A DNA stretch of 64,000 nucleotides from an uncultured Planctomycetaceae bacterium (GTDB lineage Bacteria; Planctomycetota; Planctomycetia; Pirellulales; PALSA-1355), in the NCBI GenBank assembly GCA_963785305.1, contig CAWAUV010000004.1, positions 128,001 to 192,000 on the forward strand, in the 5' to 3' direction. Positions 34,948 through 45,500 of the stretch are shown piece by piece (within the stretch, counting starts at the first letter, position 1; every line of letters starts with the position of its first letter). The notes below the pieces were generated by a model. The model did no database searches and was not told the DNA's origin. It worked only from the letters and a program-made list of their open reading frames with translations. Both the position numbers and the translations under genes were made by a program.

Positions 34948-35835
34948 ATGAAATTTCGCAGTCTTATTGTCTTGGGTCTCATGGGCTGGTTGGGAATGTC
35001 GACCCCGGCGCGAGCCGACGAACAATCCAAGCCGGCGCCGGTTCCCGAACTGAACTGGCACACCGACTATAGCGAAGCGATGCGCGAGGCGAAGGACGAG
35101 AAAAAGATGCTATTCGTCTTTTTCCACGACAAAGCACAAACCGCTGCCCGCCGGGGGTTTGAAGAAGGCGTGCTCCGCGACGCCCGGATCGTCGAAAAAC
35201 TAAGCCGCTACACCGTGGCCACGCTGCCGACCGACGCGGCGATTGTGGTGCAAGGCCGCTCGACGCCGCTCCTCAAACACGCCGCTTTCGCCGAGATGCT
35301 CGGCCGCCAGGGAGTGGCCATCGTCGATCTGCGGCACGAAAACGCCGATTACTATGGCCGGGTCGTCAGCACGTTTCCTTTCACGTCAGGCAAGCTTTAC
35401 ACGATTCCCGCCATGGAGATCGTGTTGGATCTGCCGCCGGGAACCCTGACGCAGCGCACGATGATCTTCGCCGTGCGGCGGCATCCCGAGGCCCCCAAGA
35501 GCACCGAGGGCGGCATGAGCCCGCTGCTGCTCCATGAAGCAAGCCTACAGTCGGACCATCAGGCCGCGATTCTCTTGCAGGGGCATCATTCCTGGGACAG
35601 CAGGTTCCAACGAATCAGCTCCCAGCTTCCGGGGGGGCTCAACGCGCAGGAAGTCGTCGCCGAGAGCTGGCCGAATGAGAATCTGGTCGAGGCATGTATC
35701 GATTGCGTGGACAGTTGGCGCCAATCGCCCGGCCACTGGGGCGCGGTTCGATCGTGGCACCCCCTGTTTGGCTATGACATCAAACGTGGCCGAAATGGCA
35801 TTTGGTACGCCACGGGCCTTTTTGGCCGCCGCTAG
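34948..35835 (+). CDS. Secreted protein: thioredoxin-like N-domain (no CxxC) plus CAP/SCP-like C-domain
   Basis: Signal peptide, LNWHTDYSEAMREAKDEKKMLFVFF, and QGHH...EVVAESW...CVDSWRQSPGHW...GIWYATGLFG. Confidence 0.75.
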   Translation: MKFRSLIVLGLMGWLGMSTPARADEQSKPAPVPELNWHTDYSEAMREAKDEKKMLFVFFHDKAQTAARRGFEEGVLRDARIVEKLSRYTVATLPTDAAIVVQGRSTPLLKHAAFAEMLGRQGVAIVDLRHENADYYGRVVSTFPFTSGKLYTIPAMEIVLDLPPGTLTQRTMIFAVRRHPEAPKSTEGGMSPLLLHEASLQSDHQAAILLQGHHSWDSRFQRISSQLPGGLNAQEVVAESWPNENLVEACIDCVDSWRQSPGHWGAVRSWHPLFGYDIKRGRNGIWYATGLFGRR

Positions 35836-35888
35836 AAAATCCGGCCGATTCGCCAAAGGGTTGGTTTTCCTCTGGCGGCGTGGGGCGG

Positions 35889-35894
35889 TATACT
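35889..35894 (+). promoter_or_regulatory. Candidate -10 box (TATACT) with no downstream sense gene
   Basis: Near-consensus -10 in a GC-rich genome. The -35 match is weak (TTTCCT at 35866-35871). Confidence 0.35.
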
Positions 35895-35898
35895 AAAC

Positions 35899-36058
35899 GC
35901 GTTCGTTAACGTCTCGCCCAAGGCGAGCGTCCGTGTTCTCCACGACGATCGTCTGAAGCCAGACCGCTTTCATGTTCGTGGAATTACGTTTGCCAGCGCC
36001 CGGCTCCCGCCGGCGATGAGCCTTTTCGGGCCAGTCGCCGCGCGGGGGCCTTTTTATT
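35899..36058 (+). ncRNA. Candidate orphan structured small RNA
   Basis: Lies between TATACT and an intrinsic terminator. Nested helices are ggcgagcgt/acgtttgcc, tccacga/tcgtgga and gtctg/cagac. No family recognised. Confidence 0.3.
36002..36058 (+). terminator. Intrinsic terminator
   Basis: ggctcccgc-cggcga...tcgccg-c-gcgggggcc hairpin followed by tttttatt. Confidence 0.6.
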
Positions 36059-36116
36059 GCGCCTTCGATTTAATGCGCCGTCGATTTAATGCGCCGTCGA
36101 TTTAATGCGCCGCCGA
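36058..36116. repeat. 16-bp tandem repeat (tgcgccgtcgatttaa), about 3.7 copies
   Basis: Units at 36058-36073 (one mismatch), 36074-36089, 36090-36105, and a partial unit at 36106-36116. Confidence 0.92.
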
Positions 36117-36220
36117 GGGCCGCGTCGAGCGCGTCCAAGATGAGCGCTCCCGAGATAAACGGCGCCGTGCGCGCGACGGATGATCGCCCCCGGCAACCGG
36201 CCCGCGCCGAGCGCGAAGGC

Positions 36221-36856
36221 TCACTTGAGGTCGACCGACCAGTAGGCGTTGTCCAAGAACGTCTTCCAGCTTTCGTACTTCGGATTGCCCAGCTTGATAG
36301 CCATGAGCGGGCTGCGCTTTGGCTTCACGGGCGGACGCACCAAGTGCATGTGGGCCTCGTGTGGAGTTCGACCGCCCTTGCGGACATTGCAGGCCACGCA
36401 AGCGCAGACGATATTCTCCCAGCACGTTTTCCCCTCGCGGCTTCGGGGAATTACGTGGTCGAGGCTCAGTTCGCTGGTCGGAAAGCTTTTGCCGCAATAT
36501 TGGCAGCGGTTTCCGTCGCGTGCGAACACGTTGCGACGATTGAACCGCACCGACTGCCGCGGCACGCGGTCGAACTTCAACAGCCGAATCACCCGCGGCA
36601 CGCGGATTTCGAAATTGACCGAGCGAATCCAGTCGTCGTGCGGCGCTTTGAAAGCGGCTTGCAGCTCGCTGATTTCGCGCCACGAATGAAAACTGTAGTT
36701 GGCGTATTGGCCTTCCTCGAAGTGAATCACTTCGGCCAATTCACGACAAAGCAGTCCAAAAGCGCGGCGCACGTTGATCACATGCACCGCCATGTAGAAG
36801 CGGTTGAGCACCAAGACGCTCGAGCCGAGCGGGGCTGCCACGGCCGCAAACGACAT
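36221..36856 (-). CDS. HNH endonuclease (McrA-like, stand-alone family)
   Basis: GGAGGA before the ATG. VLVLNRFY...RRAF, VPRVIRL, RRNVFARDGNRCQYCG, LSLDHVIPRSREGKTCWENIVCACVACNVRKG. Confidence 0.92.
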   Translation of the reverse strand: MSFAAVAAPLGSSVLVLNRFYMAVHVINVRRAFGLLCRELAEVIHFEEGQYANYSFHSWREISELQAAFKAPHDDWIRSVNFEIRVPRVIRLLKFDRVPRQSVRFNRRNVFARDGNRCQYCGKSFPTSELSLDHVIPRSREGKTCWENIVCACVACNVRKGGRTPHEAHMHLVRPPVKPKRSPLMAIKLGNPKYESWKTFLDNAYWSVDLK

Positions 36857-37237
36857 AGAAATCCTCCTCCGACGAGCATTCGACGCGATCGATCATTCGC
36901 TTGCCGCAACTCACTCGCGGCGCCAGGATGCAAAAGCCCCTGGGCCGCCTGGGGGATTGCGACTCATTCTAACGACCTTGCAGTTGCAAGACCAGCCGCC
37001 CCCACCTGATGTTCGCCGCGATTTTCTACTCCCGATCGCGCAAGTCCCGCACGATCGGGTCAATGCTCCGCCCGTGCCTCGTCGGATCGTCATCGATTAA
37101 AAACACGGCCCAAACAAAAAAAGAACCGCCGAATCTCTTGCTCCCACGCTCGGGTGCGCATTAGGATGAAAGCCTGTCGATCCATGAGAGCCGCCGCGAC
37201 GACGCGCGGCCATTTTTGTTACTTCGGGGGCAAACCG

Positions 37238-37543
37238 ATGATTCATCATTCCTGCGATTGTTGCAAACGGGTGCTCCAATCCGACGATCTGCGTTATGTC
37301 GTGAAGATGGAAGTCTACGCGGCGTTCGACGCCCAGCTTTCCAGCGACTCGGACGACGATCGCGATCACTTGCAAGAAATCCAAGAGATTCTGCAATCGG
37401 CCGACGACGCCGCGGACCCGCAAATCGGCAGCGATGTGTACGAACAACTCCGGTTCGACCTCTGCGCGGATTGCCGCAAGAAGTTCATCAAGCATCCGCT
37501 GCCCCGCGAACTCTCGAAACAGTTCGAGTTCAGCAAGAACTAG
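37238..37543 (+). CDS. Small acidic putative zinc-binding protein
   Basis: CDCC near the N-terminus and DLCADC near the C-terminus, separated by an acidic linker. Divergent from the HNH gene. Confidence 0.75.
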   Translation: MIHHSCDCCKRVLQSDDLRYVVKMEVYAAFDAQLSSDSDDDRDHLQEIQEILQSADDAADPQIGSDVYEQLRFDLCADCRKKFIKHPLPRELSKQFEFSKN

Positions 37544-37856
37544 GCGGCGGGCCCCGGATTGCACTGCGGTACACTTGGCTCGGGCGATCCGCGGCGACAA
37601 CCGGCGCCCGGACATCGCGGGTCGGTAGGTTCGTGTTGCCGCACGCATGCGGACTATCCATCGCCGGGCGATTGCCTACCCCGGCGACGCGGCGGCCAAG
37701 CGATATGCCCCAGACGCATCGTAATCGGCCCCCGGACGCTTAAGATCGATCGCGCTGGGCCGTCGCTTTCCGATTTCCCCATGGGGCGCGCCAGGTCGGC
37801 GGCGTTTGGTTTCCGGCGCCCCATTCAACGACATGACCTCCATCGAAGGATAACGC

Positions 37857-38927
37857 GTGAGCAGTAAGAATCTCAAGATCGCCGTGCTTGGCGGCGATGG
37901 GACCGGACCAGAAGTGGCCGCCGAAGGCCTTAAAGTGCTCGAGGCCGTGGCCAAGAGCGAAAAATTCACCTACGAGTTGACCCACTTCGACTTCGGCGGC
38001 GACCGCTATCTGCGCACCGGCGAAGTGTTGCCCGAAGGCTCCGTCGACGCGCTCCGCAAGTTCGACGCCATCTACCTTGGCGCCGTGGGACATCCCGACG
38101 TGGCGCCCGGCATCCTCGAAAAGGGCCTCTTGCTCGAGCTCCGCTTTCAGCTCGACCAATACATCAATCTCCGCCCGGTGAAGCTGTTTCCGGGCGTCGA
38201 GACTCCGCTCCGCGATCGCGGGCCCGACGACATCGACTTCGTGATCGTGCGCGAGAACACGGAAGACCTGTACTGCGGCGTGGGCGGCTTCCTCAAGAAG
38301 AACACTCCCGACGAGGTCGCCACCCAGACCGCGATCTATACCCGCAAAGGCTGCGAGCGCTGCATTCGCTGGGCATTCGAATACACCCGCAAGCGCAATA
38401 GCCCCAAGAAAATGCTCACCCTGGTGGCCAAGACGAATGTGCTCACCTATGGCCACAGCCTCTGGATGCGCGCCTTCGAAGACGTGGCCCGGGAATATCC
38501 TGATATCAAGGCCGACTACAACCATGTCGACGCTTGCTGCATGTGGATGGTCAAGAACCCGGACTACTACGATGTGATCGTCACCACGAACATGTTCGGC
38601 GACATCATCACCGACCTGGCCGCCGTGCTCCAGGGCGGGCTCGGAGTGGCGGCTGGCGGAAATATCAATCCGGATCCGGGCGGCGTGAGCATGTTCGAGC
38701 CCATGGGCGGCAGCGCCCCGAAATATACCGGCCTGAACGTCATCAACCCGATCGCGGCGATCAACGCGATGTCGATGCTGCTCGACCATGCCGGCCAGCC
38801 TCGCGCCGCCCTGCGGATTCAAAACGCGATTCAAAAAGTCACCGGAACCAAGATGAAAAGCCAGGCCGCGGGCAAGATGGGATTTTCGACCCAGCAGGTG
38901 GGCGATCTTGTGGTCGACGCATTGTAG
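37857..38927 (+). CDS. leuB: 3-isopropylmalate dehydrogenase
   Basis: [47 protein letters not shown] and [10 protein letters not shown]. Confidence 0.88.
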   Translation: MSSKNLKIAVLGGDGTGPEVAAEGLKVLEAVAKSEKFTYELTHFDFGGDRYLRTGEVLPEGSVDALRKFDAIYLGAVGHPDVAPGILEKGLLLELRFQLDQYINLRPVKLFPGVETPLRDRGPDDIDFVIVRENTEDLYCGVGGFLKKNTPDEVATQTAIYTRKGCERCIRWAFEYTRKRNSPKKMLTLVAKTNVLTYGHSLWMRAFEDVAREYPDIKADYNHVDACCMWMVKNPDYYDVIVTTNMFGDIITDLAAVLQGGLGVAAGGNINPDPGGVSMFEPMGGSAPKYTGLNVINPIAAINAMSMLLDHAGQPRAALRIQNAIQKVTGTKMKSQAAGKMGFSTQQVGDLVVDAL

Positions 38928-39001
38928 AAATCTCGCCGGTTCGAAGTTTTCGCGCCGACCGCGACGCGCTGCGACCGGTTCTCGAAAAACGAAGGTCGCT
39001 C

Positions 39002-39829
39002 GTGCTCCATCTGGCTGGTCATATCGATGAGGCGGTGGCCGCGATTCGCGCCCGCTGGCGGGCGACGCCCCGCGTCGGGCTGATTCTCGGCACCGGTATT
39101 GGAAGTTTGGTCGACGAGATCGAGGTCGAGGCCACGTTCGAATACGACGCGATCCCCCACTTTGTGCGCTCGACCGCCCACGGCCACGCCGGCCGGCTCG
39201 TGTGCGGGCGTCTCGGCGGCGCCACGGTCGTGGCCATGGAAGGCCGCTTTCATGCCTACGAGGGCTATTCCCTCCAGCAAATCACGCTGCCGGTGCGGGT
39301 GATGAAGGCCCTGGGCATCGAGCTCCTGATCGTGACCAACGCCGCCGGCGGAATGAATCCGCAATTTGCCCTCGGCGACATCATGGTGATCGAGGATCAC
39401 ATCAACCTGATGGGCGCCAACCCGTTGGTGGGCATCAACGACGATCGGCTCGGGCCGCGCTTTCCTGATATGTGCCGCCCCTATGACCCAGACATGATGG
39501 CCCGCGCGCTCGAACTCGGCCGCTTGCAAAACACGCCGATGCATAAGGGCGTGTTCGTGGCGGTGATGGGGCCCAATCTCGAAACACGGGCCGAGTATCG
39601 CTTCTTGCGCCTGATCGGGGCCGACGCCGTGGGCATGTCCACCGTGCCTGAAGCCCTCGTGGCGGTGCATGCCGGGCTGCGCGTGCTGGGTTTTTCGATC
39701 ATTACCGATATGTGCTTGCCCGATGCCCTGCGGCCGGCCAATATCGAAGAAATCATCGCCACGGCCCATCGCACGGAGCCTCGGTTGCGGGCAATCGTGG
39801 CCGAGATCGTGGGCGAACAACGCGGCTGA
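39002..39829 (+). CDS. punA: Purine-nucleoside phosphorylase (trimeric PNP-I type)
   Basis: [43 protein letters not shown] and [12 protein letters not shown]. Confidence 0.92.
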   Translation: MLHLAGHIDEAVAAIRARWRATPRVGLILGTGIGSLVDEIEVEATFEYDAIPHFVRSTAHGHAGRLVCGRLGGATVVAMEGRFHAYEGYSLQQITLPVRVMKALGIELLIVTNAAGGMNPQFALGDIMVIEDHINLMGANPLVGINDDRLGPRFPDMCRPYDPDMMARALELGRLQNTPMHKGVFVAVMGPNLETRAEYRFLRLIGADAVGMSTVPEALVAVHAGLRVLGFSIITDMCLPDALRPANIEEIIATAHRTEPRLRAIVAEIVGEQRG

Positions 39830-39891
39830 GCGTGGCGGCGCGCCGCGTGAGCTTCCACAAACTGGCGCCTAGCCCGAGGACGACCCCCACG

Positions 39892-40662
39892 ATGGCCTTT
39901 CCGCTTTTCGATCTCACCGGCCGGGTGGCCCTGGTCACCGGTAGCAGCCGCGGGTTGGGCAAGGCCATGGCCCGGGGCTTCGCCGAATCGGGAGCGAGCG
40001 TGGTGCTGCATGGCCGCGATTCCGCCGCCCTGGCCAAGACGGCGGACGAAATCCGGGACTCGACCGGGGCGAAGGTCGCTTCTCTCGAGGCCGATCTCTC
40101 GGACCGCGCGGCGCTGGCCCGGCTGGCAAGCCAAGCGACCGAGGCTTTTGGTCAGGTGGACATCCTGGTCAACAACGCGGGCACGAACAACCCTCAGCCG
40201 ATCGACGCGATTCGCATCGAGGACTGGGACGCGCTGGTCGAACTGAACCTTACCAGTTGCATGCTGCTCGCGCGGGCCTTGGCGCCGGGAATGCGGGCTC
40301 GCCGCTGGGGAAGGATCATCCATATTTCGTCGATCATGGCGCTGGCGTCGAAAGAGGGGCGAAATGCTTATTCGGCCACGAAAGCGGGACTCGTGGGCAT
40401 GACGATGGCCAGTGCCCAAGACCTGGGGGCCGATGGCGTGACGGTCAACTGCCTTGCGCCCGGCCCGTTCTTGACCGACCTCACGCAAGGCATGCTAAGC
40501 GACGCGCAGAAGGCCCAATTCGCCTCGCGCACGGCGCTGGGCCGCTGGGGCAACCCGCGAGAATTGGTCGGCCCGGCAATCCTGCTGGCCAGCGACGCCG
40601 GCAGCTACATCACCGGCAGCGTGCTGGTAGTCGATGGCGGAACGCTGATCACGACCTTTTGA
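39892..40662 (+). CDS. Short-chain dehydrogenase/reductase (gluconate-5-DH/FabG-like)
   Basis: TGSSRGLG, LVNNAG, YSATK, VNCLAPG and YITGSVLVVDGG. Confidence 0.92.
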   Translation: MAFPLFDLTGRVALVTGSSRGLGKAMARGFAESGASVVLHGRDSAALAKTADEIRDSTGAKVASLEADLSDRAALARLASQATEAFGQVDILVNNAGTNNPQPIDAIRIEDWDALVELNLTSCMLLARALAPGMRARRWGRIIHISSIMALASKEGRNAYSATKAGLVGMTMASAQDLGADGVTVNCLAPGPFLTDLTQGMLSDAQKAQFASRTALGRWGNPRELVGPAILLASDAGSYITGSVLVVDGGTLITTF

Positions 40663-40931
40663 TGAGCGGGCACGCCCGCCACCCGCCGAGTCGACCGCGC
40701 TCGTTCGCCGGGCTCGAAAGTCGCCGCGAACGGACGACCGCGGGCCGCATGGCGCTGGCGCGTGCATAAGGTCCCGCGCGGCGGTATATTCGGATTTGAT
40801 CGCATCGCGCCGCGCCGCGGGCCCGACCGCGGGCGATTCCTTGGCGGAGGATCGTGTCGCTCCACCGGACCCGATGCGATTTCGTCGCCCTTTCACAATC
40901 TCCCTCTCCACGCTTCGCGACTTCCCGAAAA

Positions 40932-42656
40932 ATGATTCTCGGCATCGATCTTGGCACAACCAATTCCGTCGCGGCCTACATGACCGAAGATGGACCGCGG
41001 CTGGTCCGTAACGCGTTTGGCGAAACTCTCACGCCGTCGATCGTCGGCGTCGATCTCGACGGCGCCACCGTCATCGGCCGCGTGGCCAGGGAATTGCAAG
41101 TCAAACATCCCGACCGCTGCGCCTCCTTGTTCAAGCGGCACATGGGCTCCGAGTTCGAAGCCAAATTGGCCGGGAAGCCCTTTACGCCCGAAACTCTGTC
41201 GAGTCTCGTGTTGCGATCGCTCAAGCAAGACGCCGAGGCCGAGACCGGGCAGCCGCTGACCGACGCCGTGATCACGGTGCCGGCGTATTTCAACGAGCCG
41301 CAGCGTCAGGCCACGCTTGCCGCGGGCCGCATCGCCGGCTTGAATGTGCGCCGAATCCTCAACGAGCCGACCGCCGCGGCCATGGCGTATGGTCTGCGCG
41401 GCGAGCAAAACGATAAAGTCGTGGCGGTGATCGACCTGGGCGGCGGCACCTTCGATGTGTCCATCGTCGAGCAGTTCGAGGGGGCTTTGGAAGTGCGGGC
41501 CTCGGCGGGCGAGTGCTTTCTCGGCGGCGAGGATTTTACCCGCGCCCTGGCGTCGCGAGCGCTCGAGACCCAGGGGCTGCTGTTCGAACGCGTCGAACTC
41601 GAGAAGCCGCTGCTGCTGGCGAGACTGATTCAGCAGTGCGAAATGGCCAAGCGCGAGTTGACCCGCCAGGGACAAGCAACGATTCGCATTCCCAATGCCC
41701 GGGGCGACCTCGACGAAAACTCGCCGGTGGTGACACTCACGCGGGAACTCTTCGAAACCGCGACCCAGGCGATTCTCGCGCGGATCGAATTGCCGATCCG
41801 GCGGGCCCTGGGCGATGCGCGGCTCAATCGCGGCGACCTCAGCGAGGTGTTGCTCGTGGGCGGGGCGACGCGCATGCCGCAGGTCGTGGCGAGAGTGGCG
41901 CAGTTGTTCGGCCAGACGCCCAAGTGCCGCTTCAATCCCGACGAAGTCGTGGCCCTGGGCGCCGCCGTGCAGGCCGGTTTGATCGAAAACGCCAAGGCCG
42001 TTTCCGACTTGGTCGTGACCGACGTTTGCCCCTTCACGTTGGGCATCGAAATCTCGAAAAAATTCGACTTGGAATATCACGATGGCTACTTCATGCCGAT
42101 CATCCATCGCAATACGACGATCCCGGTCAGCCGCGTGGAGCGGGTGAATACCATCGCCCCCAACCAAGTCCGCATCGCGCTGAAGGTGTATCAAGGCGAG
42201 CGCCGGCGCACCAAGGAAAACGTGTTGCTCGGCGAATTCGAGGCGAACATGCCACCGGGCCCGCCAGGCCAGGAACTCGATGTGCGGTTTACCTACGACT
42301 TGAACGGCGTGCTGGAAGTCGAGGCCACGGTGGTGGAAACCGGCGTGGCGGCGCGGCATGTGATTACGCGCCATGCCCGTCGGATGACCGAGGCCCAGTT
42401 GACCCAGGCTCTCGAGGCGATGGCGTCGCTCAAGACGCATCCGCGCGAGGAATCGGTCAACCGGCTGACACTGCGCCGCGCGGAGCGGATCTATCAAGAG
42501 TTGCCGCCGATCGAGCGCCAACGGCTCGGTTTGCTGCTCGATGGCTTCGAGACCGCCTTGGCCCAGGGCGACAAGGCGTTGATCGATCTGCACCGCGAAA
42601 ACTTGATCGCGATGCTGGACGAATTCGAACGGACGGGCGATGAAGAACTCCCCTAA
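40932..42656 (+). CDS. hscC: Hsp70-family chaperone, HscC (Hsc62)-like
   Basis: [39 protein letters not shown] and VGGATRMP. The linker [28 protein letters not shown] and the short C-terminus fit the HscC subfamily rather than DnaK. Confidence 0.85.
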   Translation: MILGIDLGTTNSVAAYMTEDGPRLVRNAFGETLTPSIVGVDLDGATVIGRVARELQVKHPDRCASLFKRHMGSEFEAKLAGKPFTPETLSSLVLRSLKQDAEAETGQPLTDAVITVPAYFNEPQRQATLAAGRIAGLNVRRILNEPTAAAMAYGLRGEQNDKVVAVIDLGGGTFDVSIVEQFEGALEVRASAGECFLGGEDFTRALASRALETQGLLFERVELEKPLLLARLIQQCEMAKRELTRQGQATIRIPNARGDLDENSPVVTLTRELFETATQAILARIELPIRRALGDARLNRGDLSEVLLVGGATRMPQVVARVAQLFGQTPKCRFNPDEVVALGAAVQAGLIENAKAVSDLVVTDVCPFTLGIEISKKFDLEYHDGYFMPIIHRNTTIPVSRVERVNTIAPNQVRIALKVYQGERRRTKENVLLGEFEANMPPGPPGQELDVRFTYDLNGVLEVEATVVETGVAARHVITRHARRMTEAQLTQALEAMASLKTHPREESVNRLTLRRAERIYQELPPIERQRLGLLLDGFETALAQGDKALIDLHRENLIAMLDEFERTGDEELP

Positions 42657-43947
42657 CCTAGCGCGGACGTGCCAGGAATCGTTGGCCGCGCAAGCACGCC
42701 TCGAAGCCGCGGAGTCGCTGGTAATTTCGCCCGAAGCGACGCGCGACGAGGCCGTGGCGGCATTTCTCCAGCGAGTGGTCGACGCCGACTTCAATGCGTC
42801 GCCCGACCTGCGCGACGCTTTGGATTCCTTTGCCGACTCACGCGCCGAACGCCCCGCTTGGGAAACGCCGCCAGGATGGAACGGATTGCGCGAGCTGATC
42901 GACGTCGAAACGCGTCGTCTAGCCGATGGCTTTTTTGAAGTGCCGGTTCCCGAGCGCTACGAACGTTTGATGCGCCTGTTGGCGATGGCCGCCGAACAGC
43001 CGTCGCTCAAAGCTCGCCTGAGCCACTTGCGGGTCGGCGCGGCGATCGATCGGGCCGCGCTCGACGCGCTCTCGGAACCTGGGCCCGCGGGCGATCTCGC
43101 GCGGACTTTGGGCGAAGCTTGCCTCGAGCTCTTTTTGCTCGCGCCGGGCCGCGGGCCGCTCGGCGCAGACAATTGCTTAGCGAACACACACACAACGCAA
43201 AGCTCTGGTATTCCGCGGTGACGATGCTGCGATCCAAGGCGCCTCAAGTAGCGCATTTGGCGCCTGACCTGGTCGACGGGGCCATCAAACCGCCGAGCGT
43301 GAAAGAGCGAACCGCGAGCTCGGTTCGGAAGGCGTTTTCGTTTGAACCGCGCGAGAAGCGCAAGTCAGCGGTCGACGGCGGATTTCTGGTATCGCTGTTT
43401 GGATAGCGATTATCTTCGTTTCACGTTTTTTTTCCGCGATGTCGCCACAAGCCAACCACGATTCTGGCGATGCGCTTCGCCGTTTCATTGGCTCCCAGCA
43501 GCGGGAAGGGCAGGAGCACGGAGCGCATCAGAAATTCATGGAAGAAATGTTCCAAGGCCGAAGGACGGATCGCCTGCCGGCGCCGGGGCCGAAATTCTCT
43601 CCTGGATTACCAGCGGCCCCCAGGAACGAAACCCCCAAAGCGCCGCTCGATGCCGAGGAGCGATCGCCCCAGGGCGGCGGCGCCTCGGGTAAGTCCACCG
43701 GCTCGGCGCCCACTCCGGATCCCAATATCAGCCGCGCATTGGAAATGTTGTTGCGCAAGCGCCTCACGCCGCGCAGTGGCGTCGACCCAGACGGAACTCA
43801 GCCCGGCGCGACAACGCCGACGCTCCATCCTCCGATGGCGATCCGCCTTCTAGTGAGGACGCGGCCCGGGCCGGGTTTCGCGCGGTCGATTCAGCGAACG
43901 ACTTTAGCCAACCCGAAACGCCCGAAGCCGCGCCGAGTCCGCCATGA
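42640..43947 (+). CDS. Membrane-anchored protein with a degenerate J-like N-terminus; frameshifts near 43155, 43400 and 43830
   Basis: [23 protein letters not shown] resembles J-domain helices I-II. There is a stitched TM segment ([18 protein letters not shown]) and a Pro-rich tail. The final frame ends in a TGA that overlaps the next ATG (ATGA 43944-43947). Confidence 0.6.
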
Positions 43948-45500
43948 ACGAAACCTCGCTCCCCGATGACATGGCCCAGTGGCCGAGAGATCCTTTCCGA
44001 CTGCTGGGCGTGAGGCCGGGCGGCGACAAGCTCGAGCTGCGCCGCGCATATACTCGGTTGATTCGCCGGTTTAAGCCCGAGCATTTCCCCGATCAGTTTC
44101 GGCGGATTCGCGAGGCTTATGAAATCGCGCAAGCTCGTTCGCATTGGGTCGAATCATTGCGAGAGGATTCGCCGGCAATTGAAATCATTGCCCCGGCGCC
44201 GATGATCGAACCTTCGGCGCCGCCTGATTTCAACCGATCGACTGCGCCCGGCGCCGCGCCGACGGACGAAGCGTCGCAATTCGAGGATCATCCGGCGCCC
44301 GAGTCCCGCGACGAACCGTTGCCGGCCGACCCGACGGAAACGCCGACCTTCGCTGGTCGCTTGCCATCGCCGAGGCACGGCCACCCGCGCGATCGCGCTC
44401 AACGTCTCGATGATCTGTGGCGCCAAGCATGTCGAGGCGAAATCGCCGCGGCCTACGCGGGGCTCGTCGAAATGGCGGAATCCACGGGCTCGCCCGAGGA
44501 AGATTTGTTCCTGCGGCTATACTGGCTGCTCGTGGCGGCGCCCGGGGTAGAGCCTTTTCGTTCGGCCCAGGATTGGTTGGAGCAAGCGCTGCGGCAGCAT
44601 GGTTTCACCCGCCGCTTGGGTTCGATATACGCTGAGGAGTTGCGGAGGCATCCCGCGCCCTTGGCGATACTGTCGCCCGATGATCTGGCGAGGTTACCGC
44701 ATGTCGGTCAAGGATTGCAGACCGCGCTGCGGGCGCGGTGGCGGGCGGCCGGACGATTTGGCGCTTGGCAAATTATCGACGCCGACTTGCGCGCGATCGA
44801 AAGCCGGGTGGCGATCGAGTCGCCTTCGGAATGGTTGCACTTGCTCTACAGCGCCGTGGAACTGAGCGCCTGGTCAGTCGAGCCAGAGGGCGTGACGAAA
44901 ATGGAGCATTGGCGGGAATCCTTGGAGATGGCGGCGCTGGGCCATCGAGAGCGATTCGGTTTGCTCGACAACCTCGATTCGCTGCTGAGCCTGGCGCCGA
45001 TGTGGCGGATTTGCCAGAAGCGTTGGCCGAATTCGCCGATCACCGAGATCGTGCAATCGATCTGGATCGATTCCGAACAGGCTACCCCGCGGCTGGCCGA
45101 AATGGTCGCCAGCAAACTAAGCGACAATCCGACGCGACAATTGGCGCGGCTCGATCAGATCGGCGATGGCCGACCGGCATTGTTGGCCCATGTCGCGAAG
45201 GCGCTTGGTGTTGCTTGCGGGAACTCGTCCGTGTCACACGACACGCCGGGCGGCGACGCGTTTCTCACGTCCCTCGTGAAAAGATTCACCCTAACGTGGC
45301 AGGGAAAGAAGTATTCACGACAGCGCGCGCGGCTCCTGGAATTCTGTTGCCGGGAACGGCTGAGTCCGGAAACGCTGGCCGATCGCATCGAATGCAATTT
45401 CAAATTATCCAAGTCATTTAGAACCGAGCTCGCCAATCAATTGCGAGCCGACCTGTCCCTGCGCTGCGTGTACCTCGCCGATGTCGTGATGCGCGGATAA
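43944..45500 (+). CDS. J-domain protein (DjlB/DjlC-like) with KPE in place of HPD
   Basis: DPFRLLGVRPGGDKLELRRAYTRLIRRFKPEHFPDQFRRIREAYE, then a Pro-rich linker and a helical repeat-like region. Confidence 0.85.
   Translation: MNETSLPDDMAQWPRDPFRLLGVRPGGDKLELRRAYTRLIRRFKPEHFPDQFRRIREAYEIAQARSHWVESLREDSPAIEIIAPAPMIEPSAPPDFNRSTAPGAAPTDEASQFEDHPAPESRDEPLPADPTETPTFAGRLPSPRHGHPRDRAQRLDDLWRQACRGEIAAAYAGLVEMAESTGSPEEDLFLRLYWLLVAAPGVEPFRSAQDWLEQALRQHGFTRRLGSIYAEELRRHPAPLAILSPDDLARLPHVGQGLQTALRARWRAAGRFGAWQIIDADLRAIESRVAIESPSEWLHLLYSAVELSAWSVEPEGVTKMEHWRESLEMAALGHRERFGLLDNLDSLLSLAPMWRICQKRWPNSPITEIVQSIWIDSEQATPRLAEMVASKLSDNPTRQLARLDQIGDGRPALLAHVAKALGVACGNSSVSHDTPGGDAFLTSLVKRFTLTWQGKKYSRQRARLLEFCCRERLSPETLADRIECNFKLSKSFRTELANQLRADLSLRCVYLADVVMRG

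Noticed and set aside
36058..36116. Direct repeats beside an HNH nuclease as a mini-CRISPR array
   Set aside because: The units are 16 bp and head-to-tail with no spacers, and there are no cas genes in the window.
36221..36856. HNH protein as IscB, Cas9-like or group II intron-encoded nuclease
   Set aside because: Only 211 aa, with no PLMP, RuvC or RT motifs. It matches the common stand-alone VLxLN...RRA HNH family.
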